Numbered from the stretch's first letter, positions 30,601-40,211 are shown. The stretch is DNA of 64,000 nucleotides from a virus (IMGVR_UViG_3300033067_001661:141624-205623); one strand, 5' to 3'. Translations and numbers: made by a program. The notes: a model not told the origin generated them from the sequence alone.

Positions 30601-33600
30601 TGGCAAAACATCAGCATCGTAATAAGGATCTATAGACGAATTCCATTTGTACAAGAACTCATCTACCTCGTCTTGTTTACAACGATCAACAAGCATTTGA
30701 TCGGGAACCTTAGACATAGCCGCATAGATTTGATATTTACCGCTTCTAGCGTCTTGCCATGCGATAAGTCTTCTACCAACTCCGTCTACGCAAACTGATG
30801 GATTAACGCTATTGCTTTTTGAATCAGATATCTTTGTGTCAAATCTAAACGGATTGTTTCTAAGTCTTGAACCACCATAATAAACATTCCAATAATCATC
30901 TCTATTTGACTGCCAAGCAATATGAATCTTATCAATCTTATCTATGAAAATGTCGGCGCTCTTGTTTTGATAATCATTAGAAAGCGTTATTGGTATTTGA
31001 GTAAAGTTATTTGTTACATTAAGACTGTAATTTAGATCAAACTCAGGCTGATCAACAAGAAGGCTTTCTGCTGTTGTAAACGAATCAAGTTCATCATTTA
31101 GATCTTCTTCCGCTATAACCATTACAGCGTCTATCTGAGGACCATACTGGACATCCCTTCCGTCATTAAACTGATTAGACGCATTTTCAAGCTTTATAGT
31201 TGTAGTTGTTGAAGTTGCAACAAAACTCATGGAAACTGTTTTCCAATTCATCACAGAAGGGCCTGTTGCGTTTATTGTAGTAGAAAAAGTCTTTGATGTT
31301 GTTCCTAGAGTTGCTTTGACTTTTTTGGTAACAGAACTTCCTTGAACATAACTTTCTGGCTGATTTGCTAGGTCGAAGAAAACCCAATACTTCTTTCCAA
31401 CGGTCGTTGCAAAAGAATTTGTTATAAATCCTCTTTGAACTGTCGGAGAAGATAGACCAGTAAGTTCCATCCAACTTGTTCTATCAGAAGCGCTAAAACC
31501 AATCTCTGTATTTGGAATAACCGTTGGCGTTCTTCTATACAAAGCGCCATAGCTAACCGTCCATCCAGTTACAGATTCGTAACCATTATATAGAGGCAAC
31601 GAATCCTGATAAGGCATAACCGTTTCTTCAAACGAACCATTTGAAAGTATGTTCTTAACAACATCTGGAACAACCATCTGCGCTACATCTCTTTCAAACT
31701 CGCTAAAATCAATGTATGAAGGATCAAGAACTAGAGTATGCGGACTTATAGATAGGTTTGCAAAAATCTGCTTTACATTTCCGCTCTCATACATATTGCC
31801 CTTATAAGGTGTTGACTCATTAATTGAAAAGCCTGATCCAGGAGGAATACCCAAGGCAATATCAAACTTTCTAATCTGATCAGAAAAATCAGCCAAGAAA
31901 CTAGAAGCACAAATAATTTTGTTGTTTAGAGAAACAACAATATCCCCGTAATATCTATATTCATTAGCAAAAGCTTCTCTATCTCTCTTCATAACACCAT
32001 TTATGTGATCGCTTCCGGCTTTCGCATAATGGACAGAGATCTTAACTTTTTCAGCAGTTGAGAAATCAACATATCCATCGAGTAATCTCTTGATAAGATA
32101 TGTCTTTTTAGCAACTTGGCCTGTTGATTCGTTTTCGCATGTAGCCAACAATAAAGCAAGCTTGTATCTACCTGTATTTAGTTCGTATTCTATTTCGTTT
32201 GTAAAGCCTTCGCAATCAGATAGCTCAAGTTCGTTTCTTTCGCAAAACTGAGCAAATGTTTCCGTATTCTTAGCCTTGAATCTAATCTTCTCTGGAATAA
32301 TAGCAAGCATCCAATGCTTTACATTTGCAGGATTAGCAAGAGACATTCTCTCGTCATACGATGTATAAACAAGAGACTGTCTATGAGGAACATCATCAAC
32401 AACTGCTCCTCCGCTATTTATTTCTATGCTTGAACCGTCAAGCTTGAAAGCACCGCATACTGGTATGAAGTTTTCATAAAAAGCCTCATAAGAATCTATA
32501 GTGTAAAGGTTCTTGTTCTTAGAATACTTGTAATTACCTGCTGGAGTAAATCCGCTCTTCCATTCTGCAAACTTTGCTGCTATTTCTTTATCCGTAAGAA
32601 CGCCAGTTGATAAGTATGGCATCCAAAGGTCAAAAGAAACCTGATAGCTAAGCTGCGCAAAATTCGCAGGGAAATCATTTCCAAACTCGTCTTTGGAAAG
32701 AGAGTAATAAGCCATAGCAGTATCTTTAGAGCAATCTCCTTCTATAGCAACATAACTTCTGTCGTAAACGGAAACTTTACCATCATTTGCTATCATTCTA
32801 GAAAATGGACTCTGAAGTTTAACTGTTGGCTCTGTAATGGAATACAAATCAACATCTGCTCCAGAAAGAACATTCTTATCAAGTATGGACATTAAAATCT
32901 GATTATTTACTGGTTTAGCGGACGGTCCAAGAACAGAGTAATACAACTGAGTTGGACCAATCCTGTCTGATTCCCAAACAATATGCAGATTTCCAACGCT
33001 ATCGCATTTTATCTTAGCATTCTTGTTCTCACCAAGTTGAGTTAACTGTTTCCATTGATTATTCTCAACAGACTGACCAACTCTAAATGAGTAATAGAAT
33101 AACTGATAGATTCCATCAACAGGAGCCTGACAAACAACGTAAGCTATTTCCTCTCCTGTATCTTCAATCTTTCTGGAAGCTATAACAGGATAAGCGCAAC
33201 TAACCTCTCTATTGAATATGTCATAAACATAAGGCAAGGGATTGACTTCAATTAAGTCATTTTCTGGAAGTTCTTTTGTTGAATCAACAATAACAAACTT
33301 CTGACAATATATACTTTCATAAATGTTTGGACCAATATCATTATTGAATCCATCAGGAACTTCTATTCTTATAAGATTGTTTACCATGTCCCTACTAGAT
33401 ATTTCATGGGATTGATAACCAACCTTAGGCGTCAAGAAAACAACAGTATTACCTGAATCCTTTATAGCAGAAGAGTCAACCAATAGCTCAAGAGTCTTAT
33501 TGCTCTTTAACTGAACCTCAAGAGTTCCGCTACCAGTATAAACATCCGATCTGATAGTGAATCTTGTATCAGACTTGATTTCTATAAAATCACCCTGGTC

Positions 33601-34875
33601 AACAGCCTTAATCGAATAAAGCCTACATCTTAGGTCATTATTGATTAGTTCAACAAACGAAGTTATAAGCTCAGAAAGAGTTCCCAAAATAGTAGTGTAC
33701 TGTATTTCAAAAACAGCACCATCATCAACTCTAAACGTAATACCATACTTCTGATCAACAGCGACTCCGCTCGGAATTGCTGTGTGATAGAACTTTGGTG
33801 GCTTAAGAATAGAACCATCCCTAACAGGATTACCATTGTACTTCAAAGAACTTGGCAAATTAGCAATAAAAACTCTACTAGAAAGAGTTGGAAAAGCATT
33901 CTCGTCGCTCTCAAAAGTTTCTTGAGAACTAAAAACAACAAGACCAGATCCATTAGACAATGATGTTGAAGAAGTTGAATTGTAAATCCTACATACAGAA
34001 TCATTATCTACAGGATAAACCTCTTTCAAATCGGAACAAAATCCTATCTTTGAATTGTAAAACGCTGATTCGTCGTCAAATATGGATATTGAACCAACAA
34101 CGGCTCCGTCAACGCAAAAGTCATCAAGTTTTTCAAGCTTCAAACCCTGACCAGGTATGGGGTCAAGAATTGCGCATTCAGGAGCCTCTGGGTCATTAGT
34201 TGCTTGAAGAGCTTTCATCTCTTCGGGAACAAAGTGAATAAAAGAACCAGAGTCATACGTTTCAGCATGCTTATCAGCAGACTTTGAATACCTAATTGGG
34301 AACTTTTGCAACGTTCCCGAAGAAGCAGAAGATCCAGTTAGAACGTCTATCGCTCTAAACGAAATCGAACCCTCTCCGCTATAGTTCGATTTAACGATAA
34401 ACTTCTTGTCATTTACGATAACATGAAGACTTGAGTTTGGCTGAGTATGAACCTTGATTGTTGCTTTCTCTTGCAAACCAATAAAAGGCGGATACACAGA
34501 AATTCTGTCTCCAGTGCTTTTTACTTTTGAACTTTGAACCTGAAAAGCGAACGCTGCAATGTCAGACAGCCTCCAAGTACCCGACTCTGATTTTTCTTCT
34601 ACGTTTGCATAAACAGAGATAACACTTGCAGCATCGGCCTCAGAAAGAGCAAGGTCCATTCTTCCTGTAACTTCTGATACAGAACCAACAATAATCTTGT
34701 CACCAACAACGCTTCCACTAGACAATGTATTAGGCTTCAATACTCTACCAAACGTGGCGTTTTCAAATCCTATTCGATAGGTCTTTGACGGAACGAGACC
34801 GGAAACAACAAAAGCAATAGCTTTTGTTTCTGCTATTGGAGCGCTGAAAGGTTGTAACTTAAGTTTAGCGGACAC
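27697..34875 (-). CDS. Giant modular virion protein (dispersed propeller blades, DUF642/galactose-binding-like domain, Ig-like repeats, Gly-rich tail)
   Basis: 2392 aa, GTG start overlapping the upstream stop; LHIVWESDR/IHIAWQSNR/LIAWQDAR blades; NILSNGSFEE..YGPQIDAV domain; FxxSFYxD repeats; GGSGGNG tail. Confidence 0.75.
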   Translation of the reverse strand: MSAKLKLQPFSAPIAETKAIAFVVSGLVPSKTYRIGFENATFGRVLKPNTLSSGSVVGDKIIVGSVSEVTGRMDLALSEADAASVISVYANVEEKSESGTWRLSDIAAFAFQVQSSKVKSTGDRISVYPPFIGLQEKATIKVHTQPNSSLHVIVNDKKFIVKSNYSGEGSISFRAIDVLTGSSASSGTLQKFPIRYSKSADKHAETYDSGSFIHFVPEEMKALQATNDPEAPECAILDPIPGQGLKLEKLDDFCVDGAVVGSISIFDDESAFYNSKIGFCSDLKEVYPVDNDSVCRIYNSTSSTSLSNGSGLVVFSSQETFESDENAFPTLSSRVFIANLPSSLKYNGNPVRDGSILKPPKFYHTAIPSGVAVDQKYGITFRVDDGAVFEIQYTTILGTLSELITSFVELINNDLRCRLYSIKAVDQGDFIEIKSDTRFTIRSDVYTGSGTLEVQLKSNKTLELLVDSSAIKDSGNTVVFLTPKVGYQSHEISSRDMVNNLIRIEVPDGFNNDIGPNIYESIYCQKFVIVDSTKELPENDLIEVNPLPYVYDIFNREVSCAYPVIASRKIEDTGEEIAYVVCQAPVDGIYQLFYYSFRVGQSVENNQWKQLTQLGENKNAKIKCDSVGNLHIVWESDRIGPTQLYYSVLGPSAKPVNNQILMSILDKNVLSGADVDLYSITEPTVKLQSPFSRMIANDGKVSVYDRSYVAIEGDCSKDTAMAYYSLSKDEFGNDFPANFAQLSYQVSFDLWMPYLSTGVLTDKEIAAKFAEWKSGFTPAGNYKYSKNKNLYTIDSYEAFYENFIPVCGAFKLDGSSIEINSGGAVVDDVPHRQSLVYTSYDERMSLANPANVKHWMLAIIPEKIRFKAKNTETFAQFCERNELELSDCEGFTNEIEYELNTGRYKLALLLATCENESTGQVAKKTYLIKRLLDGYVDFSTAEKVKISVHYAKAGSDHINGVMKRDREAFANEYRYYGDIVVSLNNKIICASSFLADFSDQIRKFDIALGIPPGSGFSINESTPYKGNMYESGNVKQIFANLSISPHTLVLDPSYIDFSEFERDVAQMVVPDVVKNILSNGSFEETVMPYQDSLPLYNGYESVTGWTVSYGALYRRTPTVIPNTEIGFSASDRTSWMELTGLSSPTVQRGFITNSFATTVGKKYWVFFDLANQPESYVQGSSVTKKVKATLGTTSKTFSTTINATGPSVMNWKTVSMSFVATSTTTTIKLENASNQFNDGRDVQYGPQIDAVMVIAEEDLNDELDSFTTAESLLVDQPEFDLNYSLNVTNNFTQIPITLSNDYQNKSADIFIDKIDKIHIAWQSNRDDYWNVYYGGSRLRNNPFRFDTKISDSKSNSVNPSVCVDGVGRRLIAWQDARSGKYQIYAAMSKVPDQMLVDRCKQDEVDEFLYKWNSSIDPYYDADVLPISQLNCAVEFTFLATETSLFHFNISFYEDKDYSILYKRISSKESINGWRVDNKQISYNGLSAIDETQYLVSYTPSNEDNITGRVLYAVVEYEINSNIIDVVASQNIAILRPYSGLNLKTGRLEKSNEVRALLEFEDESPVEVAAQSLASLNTSGYSGVSFAGSLTELPGVEVGQKIRSVLLHFDPEGSEGSVTAKVKFNSPILALFISGSKLGSTNSVFGHPGVTYPGGGGAGVENNDTITVSADRKTLDLFLYTNPVIDQIRVILLDNTSVVGENQFVYYCPSKQSSRCDVSCSFSNNSDVAEDIHFRVSFYADPEKTNLVMSSFTKTDTLNWFSSSSSFPSSGVSVEPGQSISVIYSPEILPFEFYESQTKTTLTPSSVVRQPLLCGIPYRVVIESYRNGSFFVESEYELLCPCEKTASDFWKTDYDSQNWLSSGQGFEDFRISLADGNCLFPKISVTENDIFYVIWQDFRYARLLDSQSPSSPDYFMALYDAENDNFQCSGQGGYDRRLTYFSETEKYLYDASVFIDPFQNINLTLHDGKKVYNQSCSLGCKFTAKNKDLILPCMFTDETDPSFFVVGGAPDRTVDQYQKVRISPGSVAYSTYLDVNTPIPVITDCFVELDIIGVPGTYAYRLRNETDEDWSEWIPIGPDLPEQTQKDTAATPAERDFFRAYFVERNRFVAPWVASSGNGVKRICCEVLTFFGKTESFCVDFMALYDSFEYKIDLFFDEDFSQPVPKFKSYPVVSKSKTESVIDNSNLSSISDDITEVSTIYARIEFRDKQKIALLERLKSVERLGLSSSILMNVYQQGINDQTGIVVEKIRDGVYRGTFSVFADDGIINIDGIGIITLDIPGQCGSSDSITRSISLTTSGTLDQSVSIFNNFTVFREKYTASDVKGSFGNPDYYKTRKFGIGESSDWFGGGPGPINNNIGYEGSGSPDGGGSGGNGSGGNGGGSGGSGGLQGG

Positions 34876-35962
34876 GGTAAATATTCTCCATTATCTTTCC
34901 AAAAGCATCGGCAGCAACCCTATATGTAAAGTTGTTATGAACATAGTCATATGCCCTATCTGCTTTTCCCATAGTCTCGTCTTGATTTGAATAAACCCTT
35001 CTCATAGCGTCTTGAACTGATTGAATCGTTATTCGGGGCCACTTCTTATTGAAAAACTGAACGATGTTATCCATATTAGAATGAAGCATGAAACCCGAAG
35101 GTTCGATAAGGGTGCATCTGTCCTCTGAAGCATAGTCCTGACATCCTGAAAAATTTGTTATAATGATTGGCACTTTGATAGCCATACATTGCAATCCAGG
35201 AAGGCCAAATCCTTCGCCTAAAGTTGGCATAACTAAACAGTTGGCTGACTTATAGAAGGACGGTAAATAAGAGTCGTCGAATATTCTTCTTTCAAACAAA
35301 ATGGGAGCGAATTCCTTCTTTAAGCCAAGAGTTGTCTTAATTTTTGCAACTTCTTGCGTTGCAAGCTGAGTCTTGTCTGTTTTTATGAGAAGCTGAACAT
35401 TGTCAGAAGACGAAAACTCTCTACAAAAAGCCTCGATAAGCTCCTGCCATCCTTTTCTCTTTTTCCATGTCCCAACAAACAAGAAAGTGTACTTATCATG
35501 TTTGTCAAGAGGTATTACATCTTTATGCCAGTTTTCACTATTGAAAGTATGAGGTAGGTAAAACATAGGCTTGTAAATACCGGCATGAGCAAATATCTTG
35601 TAATTAAACTGCGACGGACAAGCAATGGCGTCAAGTCTATTAAGAAGTTCAACCCACTTTTCTGGAGGCTCAAACGTCTCAAAAGTTGCAAAACCAATAG
35701 ACTTATAAGTTCTTGGTATCCTCATTTGCATAGGAGGAATACAGTGATAAACTTGCGTTGCTCTAGGATTTGGCAACTTTCTAAACAAGGGATCAAGTAT
35801 AGACAATGACTTTTTACTGAACGATTGCTTTGAAAGGCTACCATTCAGAGGAACAACCCTAATATCATACTGCTTAGTTTCAAGGAGAGCAGAAACAACG
35901 TCAAACGCTGCTTGCCCATATCCTGTTTCGTTGAAAAAACCTATCCACTCAATTGGAATCAT
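34865..35962 (-). CDS. Glycosyltransferase family 4 (GT-B fold)
   Basis: TGYGQAA N-terminal motif, FLFVGTWKKRKG, CLVMPTLGEGFGLPGLQCMA, PIIITNFSG. Start placed at ATG 35962 (MIPIEW), downstream of GGAGG. Confidence 0.92.
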   Translation of the reverse strand: MIPIEWIGFFNETGYGQAAFDVVSALLETKQYDIRVVPLNGSLSKQSFSKKSLSILDPLFRKLPNPRATQVYHCIPPMQMRIPRTYKSIGFATFETFEPPEKWVELLNRLDAIACPSQFNYKIFAHAGIYKPMFYLPHTFNSENWHKDVIPLDKHDKYTFLFVGTWKKRKGWQELIEAFCREFSSSDNVQLLIKTDKTQLATQEVAKIKTTLGLKKEFAPILFERRIFDDSYLPSFYKSANCLVMPTLGEGFGLPGLQCMAIKVPIIITNFSGCQDYASEDRCTLIEPSGFMLHSNMDNIVQFFNKKWPRITIQSVQDAMRRVYSNQDETMGKADRAYDYVHNNFTYRVAADAFGKIMENIYRVR

Positions 35963-36575
35963 AAACATCCCTCCATCTCTCTCCGACCTGTTTAGAAAAT
36001 GAAGTTATGGTTTCTGGTTTTATTTTCTTTTTATCTGCAAGTCTATGACAATTTGGACATAAATAACTTAAGTTGTCATGAGAGTTGGCATTTGGTATTT
36101 TTCTACCATATATATGATGAAGATCGCAGATGTCTTCAGCCCATCCACATTGAGAACATCCTATTTTCAAATTAACCAAAACTCTTTTTCTGGGTATAGA
36201 ATTAAGATTCCAAATAGAATCAACTCCGGTAAATCTTTCTTTTGCTTTTATTTTAGTCCAGTTTGAGTTTTTTCTATCATTAGCATAATACTTACCTGAA
36301 CATAGTTTACTACAAAACTTGCGCCTCTTTTCATATCCATTATCAAACTCATTACAACAAAATAAACATTTTGAAATCTTACATCCAGGTTTCTTTGGCA
36401 TACTACTACCGCATTTGCGCGAGCAGCACTTTCTTAAATCTTTGCTAGTAAATTCTTTTTTACAAAAAGCGCATATTCTTGAATGCGCTATGTTCCAACA
36501 TTTTTTGCTACAGTATTTTGAGCCAGAAGCTTTACTTTCAAATACAGATTTACATACACAACAAACAACATTCAT
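35949..36575 (-). CDS. Free-standing HNH homing endonuclease with three N-terminal Zn-finger repeats
   Basis: CxxC..F..(K/R)xCSxxC three times, then CSQC..DLHHI..NSHDNLSYLCPNCH; visibly more AT-rich than its neighbours. Confidence 0.88.
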   Translation of the reverse strand: MNVVCCVCKSVFESKASGSKYCSKKCWNIAHSRICAFCKKEFTSKDLRKCCSRKCGSSMPKKPGCKISKCLFCCNEFDNGYEKRRKFCSKLCSGKYYANDRKNSNWTKIKAKERFTGVDSIWNLNSIPRKRVLVNLKIGCSQCGWAEDICDLHHIYGRKIPNANSHDNLSYLCPNCHRLADKKKIKPETITSFSKQVGERWRDVYDSN

Positions 36576-36634
36576 AAAATTCTCCGATATCAGTTATTCC
36601 GTGATACTGGATACACAGATAATCGGAAGAATTC
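36576..36634 (-). promoter_or_regulatory. RNA stem-loop that occludes the HNH gene Shine-Dalgarno sequence
   Basis: mRNA GAAUUCUUCCGAUUAUC...GAUAUCGGAGAAUUUU-AUG: the two arms pair over ~15 bp with two single-base bulges and cover GGAGA. Confidence 0.55.
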
Positions 36635-36664
36635 CTCTTATTTCTTCAATGTACTCAATTGGGG

Positions 36665-39600
36665 TCATGTGCTAACAATAACATCGCCTGTAAACTTGGC
36701 CCTTACATCGTTTACTTTGCTGAAAAGGCCTCCGCTTACCTGCCAAACAATGTTACCGTCAGAATCAACCTTGATTACCCTACCTGCGTTTCCAATAAAC
36801 GATGTTTCTGCGATAACAACATTAGTATTGTCGTCCAAAACAGCGTCCGAAGGGTAAGCATTATCAGAAGCAAAATACTCAAAACTGATAGACTTATCTC
36901 TTCTGCTCAGAATAATTGTCTTACCCCTATAGTTTGCCAACTTTCTTATAGCTTGCTGTTCATAGGTTTCAACACCATCGCCGCCATCTGGAGCAGGTAA
37001 AGGGTCTGACTCTTGAACCAGACCACTCACAAGAATTTTTTCAGAGTCTATCTCATAGACCGACCCCAAAGTAAAATCAGAGAATGTCAACGCATTATAG
37101 CTGAATATGACCTCTTCATTATTGAAGTTGATTTCAACCAAAGACGGAGCCTCTTCTGGGGTATCCGTTCCGCTACCGTCGTCGGCTGCAATAATGTTCA
37201 ATATAAGCGTATTGGTAGTTGTTGCTATTGTCTCGCCTGTATCTGTCTGTATATAAACAGCAGTAAAGACCAACTGCCATGTTCTTATTTGAGTATCATT
37301 GGGAGAGTTTAGACTAACTGTTGCAACATTTCCTGGTAAAGGAGCCTCAAAGCTAACAATATCTTGTATTGCAGCAGGAACATTTCTTTCCCAACGAAGT
37401 TCAAAACCATCACCAGGAGGGTCAACCTCGACCGTAAACGTCGTACTATCTCCAACCTTCAATGTAAGATTTGTAGTCGTACCAGTGTCAATCGCTTCCT
37501 CTTCTACCTTGGAATTACAAATCATCCAAGTTCCACTACTTGTTACATTCGCAAAGACAGGTCTCTTAACATCGTTCATGTAAACGAAATCGCCTATAAA
37601 AACCAAAAGGCCTCTATTCGTAATTAGTCGTCTTGCGCTATCAGGATAGACAAATGGAGTTGGCAAGAAACCCGAGAGAAGGTCTACATACACATCAAAA
37701 TTAGGGTCTTGAAGCTGCTCTACCTTATCGTTTGTAATACTTATTTCAAGCAACTTAGGACTCTTACCAGAGTCAAGAATCTCGTCTTGCTCACCAAAAA
37801 GAATACTTGCAGAACCTATCCAGAGCCTTATTTTGGTTATATCAACCTTAGTAGGATCAATGTCTTGACTAAACGCAATGGTCAAAACACCCTTTCTTTG
37901 ATTGTAAACAGCAGTAAGAGGATAGAACGAAGACGAGTCGCTAACATTATGCCCTCCAACACCTCTAACAAATTCTCCAGCAGGAGTTACCTCTATGACT
38001 CTATCATTCTTCGTATCTGCAATAATGAAGTTTCTAGTCTCAAGCCTATAAACAGAAAATGGATTGTTGAATCCTGGCGAAAAATCTGGCGAAGCTATAT
38101 CAATCGCTTGCTGCGGAGAGAGTAACGTTCTAAACAAAAGACCTCTGAAGCCATAAACAGCCGTTCCTTCAGGATCGTTTTCATTAACACCGTTTTGATA
38201 AATGTAGTAAATATCGCCTACTGAAATGGGTTCTTGCAAAACAATCTTTGAGTAAAATGGATTGAACTCGTCAATGGTTTGCTTTTGATTTGTATAAGAA
38301 CCTCTATCCCAATCCTGAGCAGTAGATATAGTAAAACCAGTTATATTGGAGCTAACAACAAGCTGTAACTCAAGACTCTGCAACGTAGGCGTAAAAGTTC
38401 TATCTGGATTAGAAACCAAAACAACTTCTATTTCTGCGTCAGTTCCATAAAGAGAAAATACGTCTCCCGATCTTAGAACAGGAGTATATATCGCTCTATT
38501 GAGCAAAGACGGAGAGTTCGCAACCCTAACTCTAACCCTTACGTCACAATCCTCTGGAATAAGAGCGTCATAGTTGATAGCGCTAAATACAACAGGAACT
38601 CCGCTAGAGTACCTAAACCTAATCAATCCGCTAGGAGGGAACAAGCTCTGATTGCGAAGGAATATATTGTCAACCCAGAAGACATGCTTTGTAACAGTAT
38701 CGTCGGTATAAAAGACAACTTCTCTAATGTCATTCTTGTCTTCTTCCGAAATGTCAAAAACTCGCCTCTCAAAACCATTGAATACGGGGTCAACATTATC
38801 TGTTATCTCGTCAGGACCAAGAACAAGGTAAGACTGCGACTGCTTCTTTGTATCTCCTTCGCCATTGACAAAGTACATATAGACAGCGCCATGAGATATA
38901 GACAAGCTCTTTACATCAAGGATAAGTTCGTCATACAAACTCCAATCTCTATTCTGCGTTAGAACTCTCTTGTAAATAATCCTAGAGTCTCTTTCTGTTT
39001 CAAACTTGCCGCTATAAAAGCCTTGAGTTCGTAAAGCAGAAGAGTCTTCCGAAGTTACGCCTATCTTGTCTGTCGTTATCTCAACTTGCGTTGTAAAGCC
39101 AGGAATAGGTACGCCAGCCCTAGGAACTTGCTCAAAGTCTTCAACTTGGGTTGAACTGCTACCGCCTCTTGTTAGAGTAACAGTATCTCTTGTAATTGTT
39201 ACATTCTGTCTGTCAGTTGCCGTGAAGAAAGCAGGATTAGAAGCCCAGTAAATAGAAATAATCGAACCGTCTTGAACTGGCTTTCCAGATATACAATGGG
39301 TATCAAGACTTACATTCGCTGTAGTGGCGTCAAAGTCAATACCTGCGTCTGGCGTAATACCAGGATAACAAACATGAAGATTTGGGAAATCAACAAGATC
39401 GCTAAGGTTCAGATTCATGCTATTCGCAAGATAGTGCTGAGCCGTAATAAGCTTCATTGTATTAACAGAGCCAATCTCGCCAAGAAGCTGTCTATTGCCA
39501 GAACTTATCAATCTTGTAAAAGAATCGAGAGCGGCATGCGTCAAAAGGCCATTGTTCTCTAAGTCATTATGGTCAAGCTGTGGCACTCTTTCTGGAGAGA

Positions 39601-40207
39601 GTCTTCCGCTGTTGACTTTTGAAGCGTCAAAGTCTTCAAGCCTAGCGCCTGGAAGCTGATTACGAGTTTCGGTCTGCAAATCAATCTTGCTTGGAGTTCC
39701 TCTATGCTTATGCTTTGCAACCTCGTCTTTAATGAACTCAAGAAAACTTATTTCTTCTCTAAAGTTCAGATCAATACTTGTTATGCCTGTTTCGCCAGTT
39801 GTAACCCTTGCAAGTCTAATGGCGTTTCTAGAAGGAAGGCTTCTACTCCATACAAAGTCAACTCTTCTTGAACGAACTGTTCCGCTTGTAAGTATGGCAT
39901 AGATATCAAATGTTTCGCCAGGAGGCAGATCCAAAACTTCTCCTGTGGATTCGGTTTGAACAGCAAGCGAAGAAATAATACCTAAGCCAGGTGTTATATC
40001 AACAGCGATGGTATTGCTACCTATGTTGTCTCTTTCCGTAATGGTCCAACCGCTTATGACTCCGTTACCAAAGACAGAGTACAAACCATAAAGCTGTTTA
40101 TCAATGACAAGAAAACGGTCAATCTCTTTTTGGACATTGATACCGTCGCCAAGGTCGTCGCCATAGGTAAAGTAAGCTAAACCGTAAAATGGAGTTGAAC
40201 CTGCCAT
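36665..40207 (-). CDS. Baseplate/tail-fibre-like protein with carbohydrate-binding-like domain and NHL-type repeats
   Basis: 1180 aa; N-terminus paralogous to 7864..12534; RDWSLYDELILDVKS..FWVDNIFL (CBM-like); FNNPFSVYRL..FIIADTKNDRVIEV and AYPSDAVL..GRVIKVDSDGNIVWQ repeats. Confidence 0.7.
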   Translation of the reverse strand: MAGSTPFYGLAYFTYGDDLGDGINVQKEIDRFLVIDKQLYGLYSVFGNGVISGWTITERDNIGSNTIAVDITPGLGIISSLAVQTESTGEVLDLPPGETFDIYAILTSGTVRSRRVDFVWSRSLPSRNAIRLARVTTGETGITSIDLNFREEISFLEFIKDEVAKHKHRGTPSKIDLQTETRNQLPGARLEDFDASKVNSGRLSPERVPQLDHNDLENNGLLTHAALDSFTRLISSGNRQLLGEIGSVNTMKLITAQHYLANSMNLNLSDLVDFPNLHVCYPGITPDAGIDFDATTANVSLDTHCISGKPVQDGSIISIYWASNPAFFTATDRQNVTITRDTVTLTRGGSSSTQVEDFEQVPRAGVPIPGFTTQVEITTDKIGVTSEDSSALRTQGFYSGKFETERDSRIIYKRVLTQNRDWSLYDELILDVKSLSISHGAVYMYFVNGEGDTKKQSQSYLVLGPDEITDNVDPVFNGFERRVFDISEEDKNDIREVVFYTDDTVTKHVFWVDNIFLRNQSLFPPSGLIRFRYSSGVPVVFSAINYDALIPEDCDVRVRVRVANSPSLLNRAIYTPVLRSGDVFSLYGTDAEIEVVLVSNPDRTFTPTLQSLELQLVVSSNITGFTISTAQDWDRGSYTNQKQTIDEFNPFYSKIVLQEPISVGDIYYIYQNGVNENDPEGTAVYGFRGLLFRTLLSPQQAIDIASPDFSPGFNNPFSVYRLETRNFIIADTKNDRVIEVTPAGEFVRGVGGHNVSDSSSFYPLTAVYNQRKGVLTIAFSQDIDPTKVDITKIRLWIGSASILFGEQDEILDSGKSPKLLEISITNDKVEQLQDPNFDVYVDLLSGFLPTPFVYPDSARRLITNRGLLVFIGDFVYMNDVKRPVFANVTSSGTWMICNSKVEEEAIDTGTTTNLTLKVGDSTTFTVEVDPPGDGFELRWERNVPAAIQDIVSFEAPLPGNVATVSLNSPNDTQIRTWQLVFTAVYIQTDTGETIATTTNTLILNIIAADDGSGTDTPEEAPSLVEINFNNEEVIFSYNALTFSDFTLGSVYEIDSEKILVSGLVQESDPLPAPDGGDGVETYEQQAIRKLANYRGKTIILSRRDKSISFEYFASDNAYPSDAVLDDNTNVVIAETSFIGNAGRVIKVDSDGNIVWQVSGGLFSKVNDVRAKFTGDVIVST

Positions 40208-40211
40208 CTAT

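Noticed and set aside
35947-36668. Group I intron interrupting the glycosyltransferase
   Set aside because: Only ~90 nt are non-coding, too little for a ribozyme core; I found no U/G splice junction restoring the frame, and the GT has its own start and SD.
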